Assembly (NCBI GenBank): GCA_046716985.1
Contig: JBKJWG010000315.1
Coordinates: forward strand, 1 to 54,508
Reading direction: 5' to 3'
DNA length: 54,508 nt
From: Anaerolineales bacterium
GTDB lineage: Bacteria > Chloroflexota > Anaerolineae > Anaerolineales > UBA11579
Shown here: positions 17,590-25,786 of the stretch, in pieces
How the letters are laid out: every line of letters begins with the position of its first letter
How positions within the stretch are numbered: position 1 is the first letter of the stretch
Notes under the pieces: model-generated
The model's input: the letters and a program-made list of their open reading frames with translations, nothing else
Told to the model about the DNA's origin: nothing
Database searches by the model: none
Made by a program: the position numbers and the translations under genes

Positions 17590-20224
17590 AAAAAGGTCCA
17601 GACCCGACACAAATGAATTGAACCAGCGCCGCCCCTTGCGGCTCTATTTTTTGCTGCCAGCGCTCGGCGCGCTGGCAGCCTTGGCGGCGGTCTTTGCTAC
17701 CCCCAGCGAGGGTAGCAATTCCTGGCTGCTCGGCCTCTCCAAAACGCGCTGGCTGTTGGTGGCCGGATTGTTTATTGCGGCCTTGGTCTTCAGCGCAGCG
17801 TTTTGGACCAATTGGCGCAATACAAAAACCTGGCGTGGGCTTCAAAAGAAAATATCAATCGTTTTCGAAAATCGAATTGTTTACATTGTTTTGTTGGTGC
17901 TTAGCATAGGGGGGATAGTGTTATTTTTTTATCTAATCCTGCTGACATTTAAATTCACGGACGATTTAATTCAAGCGCGACTGTTGCGCTTGCTGCCCTT
18001 TTTGCTTTGGCTGCTTTTGCTCAGCGCGCAAACTGTGGTTGCTTTGCCTTTGTTGCGCTATGGCAAGGTCTCGCGGCTGCGAGTTCTGCCGTGGCGCAAA
18101 ATCCTGTTGCCCGCTGTAGTCGCCTTCGGCTTGCTTGGGCTGGTCGGGCTACTCATTTCCACGACACGTCTGGGTCTGCAGCCCGACCGCACCGGGTGGG
18201 ATATCCCTGGCGTTCCGCTGATGGCAACCCAGATCTTGTTGGCTTGGCTGGGCGCGCTACTGGTTTACGGGGTCCTTCGCTGGATTGAAAAAAGAACTGG
18301 ATGGAAGCTCTCGCGAATGGACTTATTGGCTTGCTTGTCGCTATGGCTGCTTGCTATCTTTCTGTGGCAATCGCAACCATTGACGCCCACTTTTTTCGCG
18401 CCCACCCCGCAACCGCCCAACTATGAATACTATCCATACTCAGATGCGGCTTCTCACGACTTGGTTGCCCAAAACCTTTTGATCGGCGAAAGCTTCGGTC
18501 AAGCGGCCGAAAAACCCCTTTACAGTTTTTTTCTATCTATCTTGCATACATTGGTCGGCCAGAATTATTTGAATGTGGCTGCCGCGCAAGTTGTCGTGTT
18601 GGCTTTGCTGCCGGCGGTGCTGTATTTGCTGGCCAGTCAAATGCAGCATCGTTTCTCAGGAGCGCTGCTTGCCTTAGCCGTGATTTTGCGCGAGCGCAAT
18701 ACGATTGCGCTGTCCGGCCAGATCGACGTTTCGCATTCCAAACTATTGATGACCGATCTGCCCACCGCGCTGGTGCTGGCATTATTCACGCTCCTTTTGT
18801 TTCGCTGGCTCAAAGCCGATCGGCGCGCTTTGCACTGGCCGCTGCTGGTGGGCGGCGCACTGGGCGGACTGCTGCTACTGCGTTCGCAAACTTTGATCTT
18901 GCTACCGCTAATAGTTTTGTTGGCCTTGTGGCGCGCAGGGATGGGATGGCGCATTCGCAGCGTGTACGCAGGCGTGCTCTTGCTGGGCTTTGCTCTGGTG
19001 GCGATGCCTTGGATGCTGCGCAACGCTGCCCGCACGGGGCAGTTCGGCTTTTCGCAACCTTTACAAGCTTTGTATTTGGCGAAGCAATACAGCCTGACAC
19101 CGGAAATTAGCGACCCGGGCTTTCCACCAGACACACCTCTTTCGGATTATGTCTCATTAGGTTTTGCACACGTGGCTGATTTCGTAAGCACGCATCCGGG
19201 CGAGGTAGCGCGTTTTATTACGGCCCATTTCCTTCACAACGAGGTTTCTTCGTTTCTAGCCTTACCGATGCGCTTTGATCTAACCGACAAGATCGTCACC
19301 TTCTATAACCTGCGCCCCTATTGGATCGGCGCGGAAGACCGCTTATGGAGCGAGTGTTGCTCATTGAACGCCCACATCGCAAAAAACCCTTATTGGGATA
19401 AATGGAATGGCGTTTTTCCGCCGGAAGCCCGTTTGCCTATTGCCTTCAATCTAGCCATGCTGGCTTTGGGCCTTGGCGCGGCCTGGCAGCGTAATCGTTG
19501 GCTGGGTCTGCTACCTGCCGGCTTACACGTGATCTACAACTTAAGCACCGCCGTGGCGCGCGTTTCCGGCTGGCGCCTGAACCTACCAGTCGATTGGGTG
19601 CTCTTGCTGTATTACTGTTTGGGCATCGGGCAGCTTACTTTGTGGGGCTGGGCCTATATTTCTGCTTCCCCACAAGTTGCTGCGCTCAAAGAAAAGAAAA
19701 ACAAACCAGTTTTCGGTTGGAGAAGAGAAAAGCTGACCCAATCGGCGGCGCTGATGCTGGTAGGGGCACTTCTCCTGCCCTTATCCGAAATCCTCATCCC
19801 CGCTCGATATCAACCAATTGACCGTGCCGCAGCAGTTGTCCAATGGCAAGCATCAAAGCTCGCCGCGCACACCTCGTTGGATATAGACGTCTTCCTAGAA
19901 CAACCCAACGCGGTAATACTGACCGGCCGCGCCCTGTGGCCGCGTTATTACGGCGCAGGCGCGGGCGAGCCGGGCGACCAGTGGCCGGCTTTCAACCCCC
20001 TGCCATTTGCCCGCCTCGGATTTGTGCTGATCGGGCAGCAAGTAGACCAGGTGGTGCTGGCATTGCGGGCCGCGCCGCCAGCTTTTCCGATGGCGAGCGA
20101 CGTAGTTGTCTTCGCTTGCGAGGAAGACAACTATTTGCGCGCCATGGCCGTCATCTTCCCGCAGGGCGAAGCAGCCGCCCTGCTTACCGATTTCGGTACG
20201 TTTTCCTGTTCAGCGTCGCCCTAA
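17576..20224 (+). CDS. large GT-C-like (ArnT/PMT_2-like) membrane glycosyltransferase, paralog A
   Basis: 882 aa with a TTG start overlapping the upstream gene by 14 nt. It has many TM segments and an acidic first-loop block 'YPYSDAASHDLVAQNLLIGESFG'. Long conserved blocks are shared with 25787-28390 ('SHSKLLMTDLPTAL', 'LLLRSQTL', 'ARVSGWRLNLPVDWVLLLYYCLGIGQL'). The C-terminal ~150 aa are soluble. Confidence 0.6.
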   Translation: MTAPKKRSRPDTNELNQRRPLRLYFLLPALGALAALAAVFATPSEGSNSWLLGLSKTRWLLVAGLFIAALVFSAAFWTNWRNTKTWRGLQKKISIVFENRIVYIVLLVLSIGGIVLFFYLILLTFKFTDDLIQARLLRLLPFLLWLLLLSAQTVVALPLLRYGKVSRLRVLPWRKILLPAVVAFGLLGLVGLLISTTRLGLQPDRTGWDIPGVPLMATQILLAWLGALLVYGVLRWIEKRTGWKLSRMDLLACLSLWLLAIFLWQSQPLTPTFFAPTPQPPNYEYYPYSDAASHDLVAQNLLIGESFGQAAEKPLYSFFLSILHTLVGQNYLNVAAAQVVVLALLPAVLYLLASQMQHRFSGALLALAVILRERNTIALSGQIDVSHSKLLMTDLPTALVLALFTLLLFRWLKADRRALHWPLLVGGALGGLLLLRSQTLILLPLIVLLALWRAGMGWRIRSVYAGVLLLGFALVAMPWMLRNAARTGQFGFSQPLQALYLAKQYSLTPEISDPGFPPDTPLSDYVSLGFAHVADFVSTHPGEVARFITAHFLHNEVSSFLALPMRFDLTDKIVTFYNLRPYWIGAEDRLWSECCSLNAHIAKNPYWDKWNGVFPPEARLPIAFNLAMLALGLGAAWQRNRWLGLLPAGLHVIYNLSTAVARVSGWRLNLPVDWVLLLYYCLGIGQLTLWGWAYISASPQVAALKEKKNKPVFGWRREKLTQSAALMLVGALLLPLSEILIPARYQPIDRAAAVVQWQASKLAAHTSLDIDVFLEQPNAVILTGRALWPRYYGAGAGEPGDQWPAFNPLPFARLGFVLIGQQVDQVVLALRAAPPAFPMASDVVVFACEEDNYLRAMAVIFPQGEAAALLTDFGTFSCSASP

Positions 20225-20257
20225 GGGCCCCATCTTCAAAACGGTATAATCTTCGCG

Positions 20258-20279
20258 GCGCCTCTTTCGAGGCGCTTTT
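20258..20279 (+). terminator. short GC hairpin plus T-tract (weak terminator or SD-sequestering structure)
   Basis: GCGCCTC (20258-20264) pairs with GAGGCGC (20269-20275) across loop TTTC, followed by TTTT (20276-20279). A TATAAT hexamer lies at 20245-20250. The right arm holds the only GAGG upstream of the ATG at 20283. Confidence 0.35.
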
Positions 20280-20282
20280 ACT

Positions 20283-21767
20283 ATGACCATTGCCCTGATC
20301 AATACCAATTTTGTGGTGCAGCGCAATGACCCGCTCACGACGGGCATTGTGTATATGCCGATCAGCCTGGCTTACCTGGCCGCCGCCCTGCGCGCCGCCA
20401 AGTACTCTGTCAAGGTGATCGACGCTTACGCGGCCGCCCCGCGTCGTAACCGGCGGGAGGGTAACTTCCTCTTTTTCGGCTTGGGTGAAAAAGAATTACT
20501 GGCTGAGCTGCCTCAAGACTTGGGCGCTGTTTTTGTTTATGCCATCAATCTCACCAATCACATATCCACCATTGAGATTGTTCGGGCTGTGAAACGCGCC
20601 CATCCTAAGGTTCCCGTGATCGTGCTGGAGAACACGCAAGCGGTAACCGCCTACGCACTGTCTTTAGTTGCCGCCGAGTTCTACGCAGTGGGCGCGGATT
20701 ACATCTTGACTGGCGAAGCCGAGCGCCGCGCCCCGCAGCTGCTGGCCGCGCTCGAGAAAGGTGCTGACGAAAAGGCACTGCGCGTTATCGACGGGCTTGG
20801 CACGCCGAATTTTTACAGCTCGCCCATCGGTTTCTTGCTGGATAAAAACTTGGATCAACTGCCCTTCCCGGCATGGGATCTCTTTCCGCTCGAAAACTAT
20901 TGGTCGCTGCGTTTCGCCCATGGGCCGCTTTCTGCCCGCCGCTACCTGCCGCTGCTTACTTCGCGCGGCTGCCCATATCCATGTGGGTTTTGCGTGGTAC
21001 CTGCCACCAATAATCAAAAGTGGCGCCCGCGCTCGGCCGCCAATGTGGTCGACGAAATCGAACACTTTGCAAAGACTCTCGGTGTGCGCGAGTTCCACAT
21101 CGAAGATTTGGATCCCACGATTTCCGATCCGCGTATCCGCGAAACCTGCGCAGAAATTATTCGCCGCAATTTAAAGATAACTTGGAAGATTGCGGCAGGC
21201 ACCAAAGTGGAAACGATGCGCGATGAAGAAACCATCGACCTGATGGCTGAGGCGGGCTGTCGCTATATCTCGATTTCGCCCGAGACCGGCTCGCCGCGTC
21301 TGCTTAAGCTGATGCGCAAGCCGTTCGATCTCGAGCATGCCGTGCGCATTGTCAAACGCATGAACCAGGCAGACATCCGCTCGCAGGCTTGTTTCGTGCT
21401 TGGCTACCCAGGCGAGACCGAAGAAGATCTGCAAATGACTTGGGAACTTGTGCGTGAGCTGACGCGCGTTGGGGTCGATGAGATCGCCCTGTTCATCATC
21501 ACACCCGTGCCGGGCTCCTCGATCCACGAACAATTCTCTGGCTACGCCAGTCTGTCTGAGCTCAACTTCAGCCCAACCTGGCGCAGCGATTATCCAACGC
21601 TCAATCGTTTTCGCCTTCGTCTATACGCCCATTTTTTGTGGTGGAAATTGCGTTATCATCCGCTCAAGTTGCTGCGTCAACCATTCAATTTTCTGCTTCG
21701 CCGCTTTGAGACCAAGATGGAAATGGTTCCGTACCGAGCCTTGGTGCTGCGCTGGCTGGCGCGATGA
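20283..21767 (+). CDS. B12-binding-domain radical SAM enzyme (COG1032 type)
   Basis: 494 aa. The N-terminal region 'PISLAYLAAALRAAKYSVKVIDAY' looks like a cobalamin-binding Rossmann domain. The radical SAM cluster motif is 'LLTSRGCPYPCGFCVVP' (CX3CX2C). The downstream TIM-barrel region contains 'GYPGETEEDL'. Confidence 0.8.
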   Translation: MTIALINTNFVVQRNDPLTTGIVYMPISLAYLAAALRAAKYSVKVIDAYAAAPRRNRREGNFLFFGLGEKELLAELPQDLGAVFVYAINLTNHISTIEIVRAVKRAHPKVPVIVLENTQAVTAYALSLVAAEFYAVGADYILTGEAERRAPQLLAALEKGADEKALRVIDGLGTPNFYSSPIGFLLDKNLDQLPFPAWDLFPLENYWSLRFAHGPLSARRYLPLLTSRGCPYPCGFCVVPATNNQKWRPRSAANVVDEIEHFAKTLGVREFHIEDLDPTISDPRIRETCAEIIRRNLKITWKIAAGTKVETMRDEETIDLMAEAGCRYISISPETGSPRLLKLMRKPFDLEHAVRIVKRMNQADIRSQACFVLGYPGETEEDLQMTWELVRELTRVGVDEIALFIITPVPGSSIHEQFSGYASLSELNFSPTWRSDYPTLNRFRLRLYAHFLWWKLRYHPLKLLRQPFNFLLRRFETKMEMVPYRALVLRWLAR

Positions 21768-22396
21768 TGGCAAAAAACCCGACAATAGACAAGCGCAAAG
21801 TTTCTTACGGCGAGGAACGTACTTTTCGTGGCCTTGAAGATATAGCTATCCAGCGGCGTCTGATCAAAGCCCGCAGGCTGCTTGAGATCCTGCTGTACGA
21901 AAACCCAGAAAAGGAACTGCACATCATCGAACTCGGTTGCGGTTTTTGGGCGCGAAATCTGCAAATGTTGAGCGAAGATTTTGCCGGAGTGCAATTCAGC
22001 GGCCTAGACCTCACCGTTACGAAGGAAAAGATTGGTTCGGTCAACTTAATTCAAACCGATCTAACCAAATGGGAGCCAGATCGAACGTACGGCGGCGTGC
22101 TTTCCCTGGCCGTGCTTGAGCACCTGCTTGACCCGCAGCAACATTTTGAGGTGATCGCAACTTGTCTCATGAAGGGCGGCCTGGCTGGCCTCACCACACC
22201 GACCCCACCGGCGCATTTCATTTTGGAGCGATTGGCGCGCTTGGGAATCTTTGATCGAGCCGAGATCAAAGATCACAAAATGTATTTCACCGAAAATGGG
22301 CTGACCAGCTTAGCCAAGGGGGCAGGCTTGGTTGTGGAAGAATATAGGGAAATGTCGCTAGGCATGAATCAATGGATGCTCTTACGCAAGCAGTGA
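21764..22396 (+). CDS. class I SAM-dependent methyltransferase
   Basis: ATGA overlap with the radical SAM gene. 'IIELGCGFWARNL', 'LSLAVLEHLLDPQQ' and 'LMKGGLAGLTTP'. Confidence 0.65.
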   Translation: MMAKNPTIDKRKVSYGEERTFRGLEDIAIQRRLIKARRLLEILLYENPEKELHIIELGCGFWARNLQMLSEDFAGVQFSGLDLTVTKEKIGSVNLIQTDLTKWEPDRTYGGVLSLAVLEHLLDPQQHFEVIATCLMKGGLAGLTTPTPPAHFILERLARLGIFDRAEIKDHKMYFTENGLTSLAKGAGLVVEEYREMSLGMNQWMLLRKQ

Positions 22397-22400
22397 CAAT

Positions 22401-23345
22401 ATGCCGCAGCTAAGCTCGCCCCGCAAAGGAACCACGGCAACCCGCATCGCAGTGGCTATCCCGTGCTACAACGAGGCTGCCACGATCACCAAGGTTGTGC
22501 GCGACTTTCGCAAAGCGTTGCCGCGCGCTAAGGTCTATGTCTACGACAACAATTCCACGGATAGCACCGCGGCCCTGGCGCAGAAAGCCGGCGCCCAAGT
22601 CCGGCGCGTCACGGCGCAGGGCAAAGGCCACGTGCTGCGAGCCATCTTCGATCAACTCAAAGAAGATGTGATCGTGCTAGTGGATGGCGACGATACCTAT
22701 CCCGCCAACGAGGTCAACAAGCTGCTCGCGCCCGTCTTGGCCGACGCAGCTGACATGGTAGTCGGCGAGCGCATGGCCGGGGCGGACGATCAGAATATGA
22801 AACCGTTGCACCAATTCGGCAATCGCTTTTTTGTTTCCACATTGAATTGGCTTTTCGGAGTGCGCTATGTGGATGTGCTCTCCGGTTATCGCGTGTTCAA
22901 TCGCCGCTTCGTCGAAAGTGTGCCGGTGCTAACCGGTGGCTTTGAAGTGGAGACCGAGATCACCTTGCAGGCGCTTGCCGAAGGCTTGCGTGTGATCGAA
23001 GTGCCCATTCGCTACCGCAGCCGCCCGCAAGACAGCCAATCCAAGCTACGCCCTTTTGCGGATGGCTACCGCATCGTGCTGACCACTGCCATCCTGTTGC
23101 GTGACCATCATCCGCTGCGCTTGTTTGGGTGGGTGGCCGGCGCTTTCTGGCTGGTGGCGCTGGTGGCCGGTATTTTTCGACTATTTAGTTTCTTCGGGCG
23201 CGGCAGCCTGCCTGATAGCATCCTCGGCGGCCTTGTGCTGCTCGCTGTGCCCACCGGCATGATCGCGCTGGGCATCGGCCTTTCACTCAATGCGATCAAT
23301 ACGCGCTTCCAAGAGATCAAAAATTTCCTTCGCCGCACCCGCTAA
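22401..23345 (+). CDS. polyprenyl-phosphate glycosyltransferase (GtrB/ArnC/DPM1-like GT2 with C-terminal TM hairpin)
   Basis: 'IAVAIPCYNEAATI', 'VYVYDNNSTDSTA', 'VLVDGDDTYP' and 'FGNRFF...DVLSGYRVFNRRF' match the family. Two C-terminal hydrophobic helices follow ('LFGWVAGAFWLVALVAGIF', 'LGGLVLLAVPTGMIALGIGL'). Confidence 0.75.
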   Translation: MPQLSSPRKGTTATRIAVAIPCYNEAATITKVVRDFRKALPRAKVYVYDNNSTDSTAALAQKAGAQVRRVTAQGKGHVLRAIFDQLKEDVIVLVDGDDTYPANEVNKLLAPVLADAADMVVGERMAGADDQNMKPLHQFGNRFFVSTLNWLFGVRYVDVLSGYRVFNRRFVESVPVLTGGFEVETEITLQALAEGLRVIEVPIRYRSRPQDSQSKLRPFADGYRIVLTTAILLRDHHPLRLFGWVAGAFWLVALVAGIFRLFSFFGRGSLPDSILGGLVLLAVPTGMIALGIGLSLNAINTRFQEIKNFLRRTR

Positions 23346-23348
23346 CTG

Positions 23349-24281
23349 ATGGACGAGCGCAGCCAAAAATACAATGCTCTTCTAGAGCGCGCCCCTTGCA
23401 ATTTGTGCGGGTCGGATGATTTCGAGGTCGTGTATCCGCCGCGCTACGAGCAAGCCAAACCGGATGAGATCCTCAACACCTTCCGTTCTTCGGGCGACGA
23501 AGTTTTGCTGGATCAACTGGTGCGCTGCAAAAATTGCGGCTTGCAATATCTGAATCCGCGGCTCAAAGCAGATGTGGTGCTGGAAGGTTATGGCGCCGGC
23601 AGCGATGAGACCTTTATCTCACAAGCCGCCGGCCGCGAACGCACGTTTGCGAAGTCACTGAAATTTATTGAAAAGTTTCGCTCTCAGCGGGGTCGCTTGC
23701 TGGATGTGGGCACGGCGGGAGGCTCGTTCCTAGCGGTGGCCAAGCAAACCGGCTGGGAAGCGGCCGGCTGCGAGCCCAACCGATGGCTGTGCGAATGGGG
23801 CAACAAGCAATATGGCTTGAAGATCGTGCCTGGCACGATCTTCGATATGAAGCTGCCGGACGCCGCCTTCGATGTGGTCACTCTATGGGATGTGCTCGAA
23901 CACACCCCCGATCCCAAGGCGGTGCTCAAAGAATGCGCTCGCGTGCTAAAACCAGGCGGCTTGCTGGTGGTCAACTATCCCGACATTTATTCCTCCATTG
24001 CGCGCCTAATGGGCCGCCGCTGGGTCTTCTTACTTTCGGTCCATCTTTATTATTTCACCAGCGAAACGCTAAAAGCTATGCTGAGCCAGGTTGGCTTTCG
24101 TCAGCTAGCACGCCGCACGCACTGGCAAACGCTCGAGCTCGGTTACATTCTCTTCCGCATGGGAACCTATTTGGGGGGCTTGGCTCGCCTGCTAGGCCGT
24201 GTAGTCAAAGCACTGCGCTTGTCCACGTTGCAAATTCCATACTGGATGGGCCAAATGCTGGTCATCGCCGAAAAGATTTAA
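23349..24281 (+). CDS. class I SAM-dependent methyltransferase with N-terminal Cys4 zinc-ribbon-like element
   Basis: 'CNLCGS...CKNCG' precedes motif I 'LLDVGTAGGSFLAVAKQTG'. 'FDVVTLWDVLEHTPDP' and 'LKPGGLLVVNYPD' complete the core. Confidence 0.8.
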   Translation: MDERSQKYNALLERAPCNLCGSDDFEVVYPPRYEQAKPDEILNTFRSSGDEVLLDQLVRCKNCGLQYLNPRLKADVVLEGYGAGSDETFISQAAGRERTFAKSLKFIEKFRSQRGRLLDVGTAGGSFLAVAKQTGWEAAGCEPNRWLCEWGNKQYGLKIVPGTIFDMKLPDAAFDVVTLWDVLEHTPDPKAVLKECARVLKPGGLLVVNYPDIYSSIARLMGRRWVFLLSVHLYYFTSETLKAMLSQVGFRQLARRTHWQTLELGYILFRMGTYLGGLARLLGRVVKALRLSTLQIPYWMGQMLVIAEKI

Positions 24282-24338
24282 TTCCAGTTATCATTTCATA
24301 AGCAGGGAAGATCGGGGCGGCTATCAGCCGTCCTCTGT

Positions 24339-25772
24339 TTGGAGCGCATATTGGCTGATAAGCAAAAAATCGTGGTCCTTGGTGCCGGGGTGGGCGGCTT
24401 GGCCGCTGGCTATTTCTTGGCGCGCACCGGCAAATATGATGTGACAGTCCTGGAAAAAGAGGCGGTCATCGGCGGCCTGTGCGGCAGCTTCGAGCACGAT
24501 GGCTTTGTGCTCGACTATGGCGCCCACAAACTCTATTCGGTGATCCCCGGTGTGTTGGATGAGATCCGCAACCTGATGGGGCCGCGGCTATTGCAACTTC
24601 CGAAAAAGAATCGCCTGTTTCTTGAAGGTCATTTGGTGGACTATCCCTTGCAACTCGGGAACCTGGCTCGTGTGCTCGGACCAGTACGCTTTTTCAAACT
24701 AGGGTTTGGTTATGTGCTCGAAATCGTCAAGGGCCTTTTTCAGCGACAACAGCCGCGCTCGTATGAGGAATACATCGTCAAGCGCTTTGGGCGCCCGACT
24801 TATGAATTGGTATTCGAACCGCTGGCTGACAAGGTGTGGGGCGATCCGTCAACACTCCATCCCGAAATGGCGCGCACGCGCCTGCCCGCCTCGGGCGGAG
24901 CAGAGGTGATTCTTAAACTTCTTGGACTTAAAAAGGAAAGCGCCGAGACCAACGCCGAATTTTTCTACTACCCGCGCGCCGGCTTCGGCGACTGGCCGCA
25001 GGCTTTGGCCGAAGGCATCCGCGCCCATGACGGCGTGGTGCTCACCGGCGTGGATGTGCAATCGCTCGAAATGAAGAATGGCCGTGCGCGCGGCGTGCGC
25101 ACGCAGATTGTCGGTCAGCCGAAGCAATTCGATTGTGATTATTTGGTGTCGTCGCTGCCCTTACCTATGCTTGGGCGCATGATCTTCGGCAACACTGATC
25201 CCGAATTCAACAAGGCCGCCGAAGGTTTGCAATTTCGTCATCTGGTCTTGGTTTATATCTTTCTGAAGCGCCCGCGCGTTTTCGAGGACCAATGGATCTT
25301 TTTCCCGCAGCGTAACGTGGTCTTCAGCCGCCTCTTTGAGCAAAAGCAGATGAATCCAGAGTTGGGCCCGGCCGATCGCACCGCTATCACGGCCGACTTT
25401 ACTGCCTCCGAGGGCAGCGACTTGTGGAAGGCTAGTGACGAAGACCTGGCTCAACGCGTCGTGGATGGGTTAGTGCAAACCGGTTTCGTCAAACCCGATG
25501 AGGTGCAAAGCCATTTAGTGGTTCGCAAGAGAAATTTCTATCCGCGCTACGACTTGGAATATGCGGACAAGATGAAATTGGTCAGCGACAAGCTGCGCGG
25601 GGTACCTAATTTGCTCACCACCGGCCGCATTGGCATGTATAACTACAACAATTCGGACCACTGCGCCGATATGGGCCGTTTCATTGCCGAACACCTGGCC
25701 GCAGGCGAGGCGCCTGCGCAGATCTGGCAGCAACTTGAGCGCCGCGTGGCTGAATACAAGATCGTAGACTAA
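24339..25772 (+). CDS. FAD-dependent Rossmann flavoenzyme, UDP-galactopyranose-mutase-like
   Basis: TTG start, with an alternative TTG at 24351. Dinucleotide fold 'KIVVLGAGVGGLAAGYFLA...VLEKEAVIGG'. 'DYGAHKLYS' and the C-terminal 'TTGRIGMYNYNNSDH' resemble the 'YGAHIFHT' and 'GGRLAEYKYYDM' blocks of bacterial Glf as I recall them. The generic flavoenzyme call is solid. The mutase call is tentative. Confidence 0.55.
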   Translation: MERILADKQKIVVLGAGVGGLAAGYFLARTGKYDVTVLEKEAVIGGLCGSFEHDGFVLDYGAHKLYSVIPGVLDEIRNLMGPRLLQLPKKNRLFLEGHLVDYPLQLGNLARVLGPVRFFKLGFGYVLEIVKGLFQRQQPRSYEEYIVKRFGRPTYELVFEPLADKVWGDPSTLHPEMARTRLPASGGAEVILKLLGLKKESAETNAEFFYYPRAGFGDWPQALAEGIRAHDGVVLTGVDVQSLEMKNGRARGVRTQIVGQPKQFDCDYLVSSLPLPMLGRMIFGNTDPEFNKAAEGLQFRHLVLVYIFLKRPRVFEDQWIFFPQRNVVFSRLFEQKQMNPELGPADRTAITADFTASEGSDLWKASDEDLAQRVVDGLVQTGFVKPDEVQSHLVVRKRNFYPRYDLEYADKMKLVSDKLRGVPNLLTTGRIGMYNYNNSDHCADMGRFIAEHLAAGEAPAQIWQQLERRVAEYKIVD

Positions 25773-25786
25773 TAAGCAAACCTGAA

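Noticed and set aside
17588-17595. A8 homopolymer at the 5' end of the first GT-C paralog (similar A7-A8 runs at 6964-6971, 27854-27860 and 46573-46580) as phase-variation switches
   Set aside because: The tracts are short and encode Lys-Lys in basic segments. Several occur in unrelated genes, so they look like ordinary codon usage rather than contingency loci.
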